Part shown: piece by piece, positions 1 through 8,377 of the stretch | Layout: the number at the start of each line of letters is the position of its first letter | Position numbering within the stretch: position 1 is the stretch's first letter | IMG/VR virus record: IMGVR_UViG_3300027985_001356 | Coordinates: 1-53,100 of that record | Direction: 5' to 3' (one strand) | Length of the DNA stretch: 53,100 nt | Origin: a virus | Taxonomy: Duplodnaviria > Caudoviricetes | The notes under the pieces: generated by a model | Databases searched by the model: none | The model's input: the letters and a program-made list of their open reading frames with translations, nothing else | Told to the model about the DNA's origin: nothing | Position numbers and translations under genes: made by a program

Positions 1-144
1 CTCGACCTGAATGCGAGACGCAAAAGCTTTTGAGGGATACCAGAACCCAATATGCGGGATTGCTGGCCGCATATCATGCGCTGGCTACACTGAGCGGCAA
101 GTGCGGTCCGACGCATGATGCACGTTGTTTAGCGTGCGTTCAGA
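1..144. repeat. Direct terminal repeat, left copy (circular assembly overlap)
   Basis: 1-144 identical to 52957-53100 (ctcgacctgaatgc...gcgttcaga). Confidence 0.97.
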
Positions 145-161
145 AGGAGGCGGGGGAGTAG

Positions 162-404
162 ATGACGAAATGCAATCCAGGAAGAATGGTCTGTGACAAC
201 TGCGGGGCTAAAGAGGGCGTCTTTAGGATCACGGAGTTGTTGTGGACCTGCATTGACTGCCAGGGCGGGCATTTTAATGAGTACAAGCCAGTGCGATGCA
301 GTGATCCGGACTGCTTGGCCCATAACAAGTTGCCTGAACGTTGGGCTCACACCCATAAAAGTCGCTGGAAGATGCCATCTGCTACGGGCAGGCTAGAAGA
401 ATGA
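162..404 (+). CDS. Small Cys-rich (Zn-binding) hypothetical protein
   Basis: CDNC, CIDC, CSDPDC motifs; G-rich SD; ATGA overlap with next gene. Confidence 0.7.
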   Translation: MTKCNPGRMVCDNCGAKEGVFRITELLWTCIDCQGGHFNEYKPVRCSDPDCLAHNKLPERWAHTHKSRWKMPSATGRLEE

Positions 405-844
405 GATACCACTGGTACTACTTTCCCGGATACCTCTGGGCTTTGCCCGCAACCATTGTTGGGCTCCTGTTGGTTCTCATCTACCGGCCTAAGGTATGGC
501 GCTGGTCCGACGGATGTCTCGAGGCAATCACAAACAAGCCCATGATAGGCAAGCCTGCAGCGCAAACGCACGGATGGCTGATCTATTACCGTGACGACGT
601 GGTTCGGAGTAATCCCGGCCTGCGTGTCCATGAGCGGATTCACGTTCTGCAAGGATTTGTAGGCGGCCCTCTCTTCATGCTGGCCTATGTTCTCCACTTT
701 CTATGGCTATTTGCCATGACAGGATTCGGGGATTGGAAAACAGCCTACATGCGCATTTGGGCTGAGAGACAAGCCTTTCGTGCACAGCGGGAATTCAATT
801 CCGGGTTACGGCCTGGGGCCTGGGGAGGCCAGAGGACACGCTAA
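401..844 (+). CDS. Membrane protein with HExxH zincin-like motif
   Basis: Two hydrophobic segments; VHERIHVLQ followed by distal E (WAERQA). Confidence 0.75.
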   Translation: MRYHWYYFPGYLWALPATIVGLLLVLIYRPKVWRWSDGCLEAITNKPMIGKPAAQTHGWLIYYRDDVVRSNPGLRVHERIHVLQGFVGGPLFMLAYVLHFLWLFAMTGFGDWKTAYMRIWAERQAFRAQREFNSGLRPGAWGGQRTR

Positions 845-1018
845 ATCATAGAGCATTGCCATCTGCTCCAAGAATACATCCTTGGGAACCGCAGTTTGTG
901 CAGAGATCCTTACGAGCTCTGCAGCTAATGCCGGGATGACATAGTCCGGAGATCTGCGTTCGATCGCCTGTTTGATTGCGGAGGATGCTAGCTCGACTCC
1001 TGTTGGCAAGATACTCAT
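806..1018 (-). CDS. Hypothetical protein
   Basis: TAATG coupling to upstream plug gene. Confidence 0.6.
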   Translation of the reverse strand: MSILPTGVELASSAIKQAIERRSPDYVIPALAAELVRISAQTAVPKDVFLEQMAMLYDLACPLASPGPRP

Positions 1019-2115
1019 TAGTATTTCACCAGCCCAGGATACAAAAACTTAATCCAGTCTAGCACTTGCTGGTGTTCTGCGGATGCGTCGGTAATATATG
1101 TATCGGTTACGAAAATCTGTTTGACGTTCCCTTCGAGTTCTTGAAAGGAACCAATGCGGCCTACCTCGTTCCAGTTATGGGCGCCTGGCGCCCATGCTGT
1201 CGAGAACGTATTTTCAGCGTTGCCATCTACCGCGACAGTTAATGTGTTTGCGACGTCGTTGGCACTAAACCTTAGGAGGGTCCATCCCAAGACGGCAGAT
1301 CCTCCGATCTGGTTCCAGACTCCGGAAAAAATCCCTGGCCTTTGGTTTCCACCAGGGGAGGCGTGCGGAAAGAATCCTATGTTCCCCGTGTCGCTCCAAA
1401 AGAGGTTTTTGATCCCGGTATTGTTCGGGATCTCCATAAAGATATACGCGGTGGTATTTGCACCTATCCCTTTGGCGCTGGTGAACTGTAGGGCGTCCGT
1501 TTCGGCGGGGTCGTAAAATACAGTAGCGGTGCCATCAACATCCGGATCGACATACTTAGGATCTAGAGCCGTGGGGACGCCGTTGGTCAAATCGTTATTG
1601 CTGGGGCTCCTGTCTTCCCAATCGGTGACTCGCCCAGATAAGACTGTGGTACCAAAACTGGCATCAAACCATGCTGTTAGATTGAGCCCGAATATGGCGG
1701 ACGGATCACCTGGCGGAGGAAGCGGGGCTCCCAGGGTGGCTCTCACCGAGGTATTTGCTTGCTGTACTACTATAGATGCCTTTAGGGCGGCGATCTCAGC
1801 AGCATCTACGTAATTTAACAGGACGTCGACACCAAGCTGATTAAGTGTCGGGGGCTCAGTAACAACCCCTTGGTTGATGCTGATGATATTGCCGGCGGGA
1901 CGTGATGCCTCTTGCCACAACCTTAACAGCGACCATTCCGTTACGACCCTGATACCTGCGCGCAGAATCGTGTCATCAGTATCGAGGACTGTCATGTACC
2001 ATGAGTTATCTCGATCGTTGTAACGAAACTCGAGTTTGAACTCGACGCCGTCCAATTCTACTTCAAAATCGTAAAACGGAACATCTATCGTAAGAGGTAG
2101 CCTGTCAATTGCCAT
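1018..2115 (-). CDS. Baseplate plug-like protein (Pam3 gp18-like N-terminus) fused to LamG/ConA-like domain
   Basis: N-term FEVELDGVEFKLEFRYNDRDNSWYMTV...GIRVV; Pro linker; C-term LTAWFDAS...RVTDWEDRS...YPGL; start at ATG 2115 (MAIDRL). Confidence 0.75.
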   Translation of the reverse strand: MAIDRLPLTIDVPFYDFEVELDGVEFKLEFRYNDRDNSWYMTVLDTDDTILRAGIRVVTEWSLLRLWQEASRPAGNIISINQGVVTEPPTLNQLGVDVLLNYVDAAEIAALKASIVVQQANTSVRATLGAPLPPPGDPSAIFGLNLTAWFDASFGTTVLSGRVTDWEDRSPSNNDLTNGVPTALDPKYVDPDVDGTATVFYDPAETDALQFTSAKGIGANTTAYIFMEIPNNTGIKNLFWSDTGNIGFFPHASPGGNQRPGIFSGVWNQIGGSAVLGWTLLRFSANDVANTLTVAVDGNAENTFSTAWAPGAHNWNEVGRIGSFQELEGNVKQIFVTDTYITDASAEHQQVLDWIKFLYPGLVKY

Positions 2116-2128
2116 ATATAGGCCTAAG

Positions 2129-2157
2129 AGCTTACACTTCGTCGAATCAGACAGCAA
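2129..2157 (-). promoter_or_regulatory. Putative sigma70-type promoter for plug-LamG gene
   Basis: TTGCTG-N17-TAAGCT on minus strand, 13 nt before ATG. Confidence 0.4.
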
Positions 2158-2163
2158 GAGAGA

Positions 2164-2235
2164 GGGGCAGGGCAGCAAAAAGGTATGAGCATAATCCGAC
2201 AGAATTGAACAGATTAAAGATTGCTGCTCCGCCCC
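2164..2235. terminator. Long GC-rich inverted repeat separating early operon from plug gene
   Basis: ggggcagggcagcaa / ttgctgctccgcccc, 13 of 15 Watson-Crick; no clear U tract. Confidence 0.4.
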
Positions 2236-2239
2236 CCCT

Positions 2240-2683
2240 TCATTCGATTGAATCGATGGAAAGATCGTCCATAAAGCCGTCGTAGACCATTTTGCCTAGT
2301 CCAAATATTCTAACCCATAGAAGGCATTCGCGCTCAGACGGGCTAAACTTGCTGTAGAGATTAATTCTCGATCCATCCCTCATTCGAGGAGATAGTATAT
2401 ACACGTACTCCTGAGAATCCCCACCAGCACCCAATGGTGGCTCTAGGTATATTCTCCCAGGCTCTGTTTTGAAACGAGCTACAAGGCTTGCGGCGCAACA
2501 TCTTGGCCCATTCCATATGTTCTTGTTGTCAGCCGCTGTCATGCCATTTGCGAAATATTTACCTCTCGCCCAGGCGCGAAGCTCCTTGCCATGGCCTGAT
2601 GGATACCCATCGTACTGTCGATATAGTGCGCAAATATTCTCTCCATCAAGGTCTTTAACGATAGTCAAACTTCTTGTTCCCAT
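2240..2683 (-). CDS. Conserved phage hypothetical protein (MGTRS...YxxxDGYP type)
   Basis: MGTRS, YRQYDGYPSGHG, EYVY motifs; AGGAG SD. Confidence 0.8.
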   Translation of the reverse strand: MGTRSLTIVKDLDGENICALYRQYDGYPSGHGKELRAWARGKYFANGMTAADNKNIWNGPRCCAASLVARFKTEPGRIYLEPPLGAGGDSQEYVYILSPRMRDGSRINLYSKFSPSERECLLWVRIFGLGKMVYDGFMDDLSIDSIE

Positions 2684-2766
2684 TTTGGCTCCTAATATCC
2701 TGCAACTTCTGGTACGATCTTTTGGCCATTCTGTCTCCTCTGGGCCAGGGGGGGGAGTGCTGGGAT

Positions 2767-3195
2767 TTACCCTCTGGCCCTAAGGTCTATCGGTACTCCA
2801 TCCCGCTGCAGATGCGTATCAATCGCATTCTCAAAAGCATCCGAGAACATCCGGCGGACCTTCTTGACCGCCTGCGGTGCATGGATCGGCAGATGCCATA
2901 TCGTGGCGATATCAACGCTAACGACGCTGTCGATATGAAGTTTAAGCCCAACATGAGCCTTTGCCTCGTTGTGCCAAGAGCAAATCGCCCATTCAAACCT
3001 CACCCAGTCTGGCATGGAAAATTCCCCGAGGAATTGTTCTAGCTCTCCCTCTGTGCGGATTTCATCGTTCGAAAGCATGATGCTTCTGACCACACCATCG
3101 GATTCTCGTTGAGCGATTTTTCCGTCCGCTCCGAAGTGATGGAGCTTTACGGTGTTGCGGAATCTGGAGACTATGTGTTTATTTGCTTGGGCCAT
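2767..3195 (-). CDS. Hypothetical protein
   Basis: 142-aa ORF, AGGAGAGG SD. Confidence 0.7.
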   Translation of the reverse strand: MAQANKHIVSRFRNTVKLHHFGADGKIAQRESDGVVRSIMLSNDEIRTEGELEQFLGEFSMPDWVRFEWAICSWHNEAKAHVGLKLHIDSVVSVDIATIWHLPIHAPQAVKKVRRMFSDAFENAIDTHLQRDGVPIDLRARG

Positions 3196-3225
3196 CCGGC
3201 CTCTCCTTTCTGGGTTGCTTATCTC

Positions 3226-3495
3226 TTAATAATCATTTGCCAATCGGTCCAAATGCTCTCGGAGCAAGTCCTGTTGCTCGATGTCGATCTTGTCTACCAG
3301 GAGATTGACATATCGTGACATAGCCCTAACCAGGGCGACAGTGTCGCTATGATAGTGTTCGGAGAATTCAGCGATGCTGCTAGCACAGTGGTAACAAACG
3401 TTACACACGGATAGTCCGCTTCGGATAGGAGAGACCGTGAGAGTATCGCTGTCACAGAACCCGCATTTCCTTTTTTCTTTGTTCGCTTGAGCCAT
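3226..3495 (-). CDS. Zn-ribbon hypothetical protein
   Basis: CGFC...CYHC; coupled to upstream gene. Confidence 0.7.
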   Translation of the reverse strand: MAQANKEKRKCGFCDSDTLTVSPIRSGLSVCNVCYHCASSIAEFSEHYHSDTVALVRAMSRYVNLLVDKIDIEQQDLLREHLDRLANDY

Positions 3496-3908
3496 CAGGA
3501 CACCTCCACATGAAGACCTACCCCAGGAGTGACAATCAAGTATGCGTCACTGCCCCGAATTATTCTCATCCAAGTTTCATAGTCTGCAGTGAAATTAGCA
3601 AATGTACTTGCTTTGTTTTCGACAAGCCATTTTGCTAACAACTCAGGCGTTTGACAAACTGGGGATATGGGCGTTCCTTCAGTGCATGTTTCATACATCT
3701 GCCAATGCGTGGCCTCTCCCTCGGGCCACTTAGGCATATAGTCCTCAGGGACTGGCTTTTTCGGCCAATCGTCTGGATTTTCTATCCAATCTTGGACATC
3801 GCCGTCAAACCATTCTGCACAATACAACGGTCTCTTGTGTCCATCCTCGTTCTTTGGATGCGTCCATGTTGGCGGTACTCTTCGAGCTTCTCTTCCCATA
3901 AGGTTCAC
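3495..3908 (-). CDS. Conserved phage hypothetical protein
   Basis: GREARRVP...WQMYETCTEGTPISPV...LAKWL pattern common in phage early regions. Confidence 0.8.
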   Translation of the reverse strand: MNLMGREARRVPPTWTHPKNEDGHKRPLYCAEWFDGDVQDWIENPDDWPKKPVPEDYMPKWPEGEATHWQMYETCTEGTPISPVCQTPELLAKWLVENKASTFANFTADYETWMRIIRGSDAYLIVTPGVGLHVEVS

Positions 3909-3920
3909 GCTCCCCCTTCT

Positions 3921-4085
3921 CTAGTCATCATCAACATCCGTTTGCAGGTGCAATACCTTCTCATCGTCATCTCTTCTAACAATTCTCATTCCGAGTAACA
4001 CGCCTGTTCCGTATTCTCCTTCGACACGGATCTCGATATCGGGCGCGAGGCACTTGAGTATCTTTCGAAGTTGCCCAACATTCAT
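3921..4085 (-). CDS. Small hypothetical protein
   Basis: MNVGQLRKILKCL..DIEI typical small phage protein start. Confidence 0.65.
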   Translation of the reverse strand: MNVGQLRKILKCLAPDIEIRVEGEYGTGVLLGMRIVRRDDDEKVLHLQTDVDDD

Positions 4086-4162
4086 GGGTTCTCTTTTTAG
4101 GCATGGGGAGACCATGCTACAGCCAAAACCTAAGGGGAGTCGGTTCTCTGCCCTGCGTGGCA

Positions 4163-4501
4163 TCAGAAACTCACGTCCATCGCTCGCAGGAGATTTTCTA
4201 TACGCTCGAGAACCCTGACCTTATCCGGCAGATCAGCACTTGCATCCCATTGATCTAGGTATTTCTTTATTTTAGGTATGTTCGAGAATTCTCGTGCTTT
4301 GACTAAGGCTTGATGACGCCGAAGTCTTTCTTCGTCGAGCTCATCTTGGCGATCCCATATGGCATCTAGCTCGCATTCTTCGATGCCAAGACATTCGCCC
4401 GGCCAGAGTTCGATTATCAGGGACTTGCGTTCCTCGGCTTTGGCATGACTTGAGAACGCTCCCCGTACTCGTTCGTAATCGGAGAGTATATAAATTTTCA
4501 T
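4163..4501 (-). CDS. Hypothetical protein
   Basis: MKIYIL...GAFSS..KAE...IEECELD pattern. Confidence 0.7.
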   Translation of the reverse strand: MKIYILSDYERVRGAFSSHAKAEERKSLIIELWPGECLGIEECELDAIWDRQDELDEERLRRHQALVKAREFSNIPKIKKYLDQWDASADLPDKVRVLERIENLLRAMDVSF

Positions 4502-4504
4502 CTC

Positions 4505-4750
4505 TTAGAGCCCCCTTTCAAAATCGTCCCATGCCTCTTTTAGGGATTCATCCACAACTTCGGATGCCTCATCTGCGAGTGCGTCGTATCGCGCCCGCTC
4601 GCCAGGGCGGATATCATCTCGACTCTGCAGAGCTGCCAGGGCGCCAGCCTCAAAGGCCTCAGCGAACATAGCTCGCAGTGACAAGGTCAAGTCTGCTCTT
4701 TGCTGCCCAATCAAGTTTGTGAGCTTGTCGAGTTGCTTGATCAGTATCAT
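4505..4750 (-). CDS. Hypothetical protein
   Basis: ATGA-coupled in leftward operon. Confidence 0.65.
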   Translation of the reverse strand: MILIKQLDKLTNLIGQQRADLTLSLRAMFAEAFEAGALAALQSRDDIRPGERARYDALADEASEVVDESLKEAWDDFERGL

Positions 4751-4908
4751 CTTCTTTCTCTCCTCTTTTCCGAGTGCAACTCTCTGATCGTGAGCTCGAC
4801 CCAGTCCGCGGCAGTCGCGGCGCTTTCAGATGCCTTCTTGACAGGAGTGCACGTGGCGAACTGCCTAAGCTGGGCTGCCACCCGTTTGAGTTCATCGCCT
4901 GGAGTCAT
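4747..4908 (-). CDS. Small hypothetical protein
   Basis: MTPGDELKRV...; ATGA overlaps at both ends. Confidence 0.6.
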   Translation of the reverse strand: MTPGDELKRVAAQLRQFATCTPVKKASESAATAADWVELTIRELHSEKRRERR

Positions 4909-5333
4909 GATCGCTTCTCCGTTGTTAGGTCTTTTAGTACGAGCTTGTGCTGGATCGCATGTGCGGTCTCTCTCAGCATTCCCGCAGAGACCTTTGATCC
5001 ACACAGCCATAACTCATCACACATCTCCAATACCCGCAGCCCTCTCTGTATCTGCTGCTCACGCTCGGCCACGTTGCCGTCATCCCAGTTCTCACAGGAG
5101 AGAATCCATGGGGCCACAAATGTGTGCTTGGGGTGCTCTTCCTCTAGCTTTCGGATGACACTCCGAGCTTTTGCGAGGTTTGCTGTCACGTCACCAGATA
5201 CGGGATGGGCCACAAAAACGATGGGGTTGATGGTCCTGCTCCTCTTGGTCGGATAAACATGCCCGCAGAGCGGACATGGACCACCATACTCCTCGAGCCC
5301 CATCTTGAGCTTAATCATCGGGTCCATCGGCAT
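4905..5333 (-). CDS. DUF4406/DUF7768-like (nucleoside deoxyribosyltransferase-like fold) protein with N-terminal CPLCG
   Basis: VFVAHPVSGD...N...FVAPW...CDELWLCG..SAGMxxE pattern; start uncertain. Confidence 0.7.
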   Translation of the reverse strand: MPMDPMIKLKMGLEEYGGPCPLCGHVYPTKRSRTINPIVFVAHPVSGDVTANLAKARSVIRKLEEEHPKHTFVAPWILSCENWDDGNVAEREQQIQRGLRVLEMCDELWLCGSKVSAGMLRETAHAIQHKLVLKDLTTEKRS

Positions 5334-5449
5334 GCGTATACGTATACGTGACCAGTAAGTCGCTGGGAAGAGCAAAACGAATGCTGTTCTGTTTTATTTG
5401 TAAACTAGCCAGGATTTCAAGGGGTTATTGTGCCAAGAAAAATCCGTCA

Positions 5450-5478
5450 TTGACCCGGAGTATACGTATCGCTATACT
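5450..5478 (+). promoter_or_regulatory. Sigma70-type promoter, probably leaderless transcript
   Basis: TTGACC-N17-TATACT, 6 nt before ATG 5485. Confidence 0.65.
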
Positions 5479-5484
5479 TCAATC

Positions 5485-5667
5485 ATGCACACGAACCCGT
5501 TCGATTTACTGCTAAAGGCCAAGCAACGCGAACAATACGGAGATTGTCACCTCCGCTGTCAACGCCCCTGTATGCGTCCGCATGTCGATAAGGACCAAGG
5601 GTTGGGATGGTTTGGATCTTGGCTTTTTGGGGCTTACTGCTGGCTATGCCGGAAGGGTGTACTCTAG
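5485..5667 (+). CDS. Small Cys-rich hypothetical protein
   Basis: ATG directly after promoter. Confidence 0.5.
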   Translation: MHTNPFDLLLKAKQREQYGDCHLRCQRPCMRPHVDKDQGLGWFGSWLFGAYCWLCRKGVL

Positions 5668-5703
5668 AGATAGTCTAGGGATTAGTGTACACTCCGGCTC
5701 CTG

Positions 5704-5892
5704 ATGGCTAAGAAGAAGACTACGATCCAGATCGCGCGCCCCAGGCAAATGAACCTTAGGCTTGCCGAGCATGAATATAGTTTGATTCAGGGCGCAGTTC
5801 TTCGTTCGCAGCGAAGTCAAAGTGAATGGGCGCGCGATATGCTGCTAGCTGCCGCCGGGGTATGCCCTGGTTGTCATCAAGAAGTCGAATGA
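5704..5892 (+). CDS. Ribbon-helix-helix DNA-binding protein
   Basis: RQMNLRL strand then EHEYSLIQGAV..SQSEWARDMLL helices. Confidence 0.75.
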   Translation: MAKKKTTIQIARPRQMNLRLAEHEYSLIQGAVLRSQRSQSEWARDMLLAAAGVCPGCHQEVE

Positions 5893-6107
5893 TAAGTATG
5901 GGACCCATCGAAATATCCTGCCCTTTCTGTTTGGCGCCTGCAGGAACCCCCTGTTTTATCGTAGCCAAACAGTCCCATTGTGCGGGTGAAATCCTCACTC
6001 ACCGTGTGCGTGAACTCAAAGCCATGAAACAGGAGAATATTTATGGGAATGAAATCACGAAAAGGCCTACCCACTCTAACCCAACAAGTCGTAATGGTTC
6101 AGGGTGA
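5889..6107 (+). CDS. Phage zinc-finger protein
   Basis: CPFCLAPAGTPC...HRVR; ATGA-coupled. Confidence 0.65.
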   Translation: MISMGPIEISCPFCLAPAGTPCFIVAKQSHCAGEILTHRVRELKAMKQENIYGNEITKRPTHSNPTSRNGSG

Positions 6108-6237
6108 CGGAAAAGCGGACGGCAAGGACGAGGTCGTTTTTGCCTACGATCCAGTAGGCGTTAGGGATTCTAAGGACAGCCTGGATATTGCAAGGTTTAG
6201 AATAATCACCAGGCAAAAAAACAATGTATCCAAATAA
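6043..6237 (+). CDS. Small hypothetical protein
   Basis: AGGAG SD; fills operon. Confidence 0.55.
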   Translation: MGMKSRKGLPTLTQQVVMVQGDGKADGKDEVVFAYDPVGVRDSKDSLDIARFRIITRQKNNVSK

Positions 6238-6811
6238 GATATCCCCATCCAAATACGTCCCCATCCTCCATCTCTATCAAGCTGCAGCGTTGGAGGTCTG
6301 CATGACAACCCAGCCATGGACTTGTTGCTTGCAAGCGACGCGCGTTGCGATCGACGTTCTTGACGCCTTTGGTCTGACAGTCACTCCGCAGCCTGTTTAC
6401 TGCTACGTGTTCAACAGATCTGCATGGAGATGGGAAACATCCGGCTCTAGCAGTAAGAGGCCTGATGACGCGTACACCTCCGGGACAGATCCAAGCAAAT
6501 GCCCAGAGGGGGCATGGCCCGCGTACTTGATTGGGATCCACGAAGAGGCCATCATTGACGGAGCGATGAATCAATTTGGAGACGACAAGAAAGGTCTCTA
6601 TGTCGATGACGTATCAGTTTTCCCTTTCGAGCAAAACGACTGGCCTGCCTGTATCATTAACTCAAAAGGGACGGTGACATTTTATATTAAGGCAGAAAAT
6701 TCTCCATCCTTCGAAGATCTTCCAGGATTTCAGAGGACTGAGGCTAGTCAAGCTCTGGCGAGGCGAGTTCTTCATACCATGAAGGAGATAAAGGAACGTC
6801 TCATCATATGA
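6224..6811 (+). CDS. Hypothetical protein, possible transglutaminase/papain-like fold
   Basis: CLQATRVAIDVL..FG...WPAYLIG...IIDGAMNQF. Confidence 0.6.
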   Translation: MYPNKISPSKYVPILHLYQAAALEVCMTTQPWTCCLQATRVAIDVLDAFGLTVTPQPVYCYVFNRSAWRWETSGSSSKRPDDAYTSGTDPSKCPEGAWPAYLIGIHEEAIIDGAMNQFGDDKKGLYVDDVSVFPFEQNDWPACIINSKGTVTFYIKAENSPSFEDLPGFQRTEASQALARRVLHTMKEIKERLII

Positions 6812-6820
6812 GAGATGTTT

Positions 6821-7201
6821 TTAATCCTCAGGTTTGATTCCCTCGAGCGTCTCGCGCATCCACCGGATATAATCCTCAGCCTTCCTCGCCTCTTTGGCCG
6901 GGTCATCTTTCTCGCCCATCCGGTACAGGTATTTGATCGCAGTTAAGCGGCAGTATGCCGCAAACTCTTGTGGCGTGCTGATGGCTCGCATAACGTCGAT
7001 ACATTCGATGCCTCCACGGATGTAATGATCGACGGGGGGTCTGCTGTATTTGGGATCATCGATCTTGTTCACATAGACCTCGTCCTCACCCTGTTTGCAA
7101 GGGCATCGCGTAAAAGTCTCAGCGAGTTCGGCGCAGTTTTTACACCTCGCGAGTGAGGAGGCTGCATTTACCTTGATGGGGCCCAGCTCCTCCGCCGTCA
7201 T
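6821..7201 (-). CDS. DUF3310 (T7 gp1.7-like) family protein
   Basis: HYIRGGIECID...AIKYLYRMGEK...KAEDY. Confidence 0.85.
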   Translation of the reverse strand: MTAEELGPIKVNAASSLARCKNCAELAETFTRCPCKQGEDEVYVNKIDDPKYSRPPVDHYIRGGIECIDVMRAISTPQEFAAYCRLTAIKYLYRMGEKDDPAKEARKAEDYIRWMRETLEGIKPED

Positions 7202-7626
7202 TTTGGCCTAACCTTTCTCCATTGTACTTTTGTCTCCGCTGAGACCCGCTGCAACGACTGCCATCCCCTGCCTCCGCTCAAGCGCACCATCGCGCTACCG
7301 TCTTTGTTCGCCCACGAGATTGTCGCTTTATAGCGATCGTCATCCTTTGTGTAGATCCAAACCTCGTCACCACCAAGGCAGTTTGCTACAGTCCCTACCC
7401 ATCCGACTTCGGCTCTTTTCCCTTCGGGCTTAGTTCTTCTATCAACCCAGAGCGCCCCCAATCTCTCCGCCTCGTCATCTGTTATAATAGTCACAGGGTG
7501 CTCCACAGTAGCGGGCCTGGGTGTAGATCTGATTGATTCTCGATGCCGACAGATTAAACCGTTCAGCAATCTCTCGCCTTGGCTTGCCCGCGGCAATTTC
7601 CTCGACGATCTTTCTGTCCCTTTCAA
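7198..7626 (-). CDS. Hypothetical protein
   Basis: ORF in leftward operon, ATGA overlap; start uncertain. Confidence 0.55.
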   Translation of the reverse strand: MKGTERSSRKLPRASQGERLLNGLICRHRESIRSTPRPATVEHPVTIITDDEAERLGALWVDRRTKPEGKRAEVGWVGTVANCLGGDEVWIYTKDDDRYKATISWANKDGSAMVRLSGGRGWQSLQRVSAETKVQWRKVRPK

Positions 7627-7641
7627 TGATGGATTCTCGTC

Positions 7642-8106
7642 TCATAATTTCCATACCTCAACAACGACCCCAGGCTCAGGGCCTCGACCCTCTGTATCCT
7701 GCTTGGCCGGTGTATACTCATATTGCTTCACAGCCTCTATGCGAATCAATTGGCTGTCGTCCTCCCACACGTCGGCATCGGTCAAACTATCCTCACATGC
7801 GCGGACAAGTTTGGACAAATCTGGCTTCGTGATTTTTCCCTCTGGATACATTGAGCGACGATGGCCATTTTTGCGCAAATGAGAGCCTGGGATCGGAAAC
7901 GTAAACACGAACGAAGCACCAAGAGGCCCCACGAGCATCGTGAGCCCTTCTTTTTGCATAGCATTCTTCGCCACCATCGTGACTGATTTGCGCCAGGCTG
8001 CATGGCCTTTGGTGGTCTCGTAAAGTTTATGGCGCCTGGGGTCATAGCGATGATTTCCCTGGGAAACGGGGCAGCCGGGCACAGAGAATCGTAAAACTGT
8101 TTTCAT
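7642..8106 (-). CDS. rusA: RusA-like Holliday junction resolvase
   Basis: FSVPGCPVSQG...KPDLSKLVRACEDSL...WEDDSQL. Confidence 0.9.
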   Translation of the reverse strand: MKTVLRFSVPGCPVSQGNHRYDPRRHKLYETTKGHAAWRKSVTMVAKNAMQKEGLTMLVGPLGASFVFTFPIPGSHLRKNGHRRSMYPEGKITKPDLSKLVRACEDSLTDADVWEDDSQLIRIEAVKQYEYTPAKQDTEGRGPEPGVVVEVWKL

Positions 8107-8360
8107 AGCAACCCTGCCAAAACAAAACCCATGACAACCCCGACTACAATATATCCTTTCGAAACACCCTCGGTGGATAATAACTGTCTCGTCCCGTTCC
8201 AGCATGCCCACTCGCTTAATTGCGCTCGTGTCATCCTCCAATGCTTGTTCGGATCAGGGCGCCATCCCCTATCTTTTGTTTTCCACGTGACCGGATTGAA
8301 TTTCGGCCGCAAGACAGTGGGCATAGACGCGGGTGTCAACAGCTTGAGGCTTGGTTGCAT
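8103..8360 (-). CDS. Small protein with C-terminal TM helix
   Basis: YIVVGVVMGFVLAGLL; AAGGAAGG SD. Confidence 0.6.
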   Translation of the reverse strand: MQPSLKLLTPASMPTVLRPKFNPVTWKTKDRGWRPDPNKHWRMTRAQLSEWACWNGTRQLLSTEGVSKGYIVVGVVMGFVLAGLL

Positions 8361-8377
8361 AAGATGTTCCTTCCTTA

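Noticed and set aside
1-144. 144-bp repeat as physical terminal repeats of the virion DNA
   Set aside because: It falls mid-ORF and has assembler-overlap size; better read as circular closure
2116-2178. Longer TTG start for the plug gene given in the ORF track
   Set aside because: Extension overlaps promoter and hairpin; the recognisable domain starts at MAIDRL
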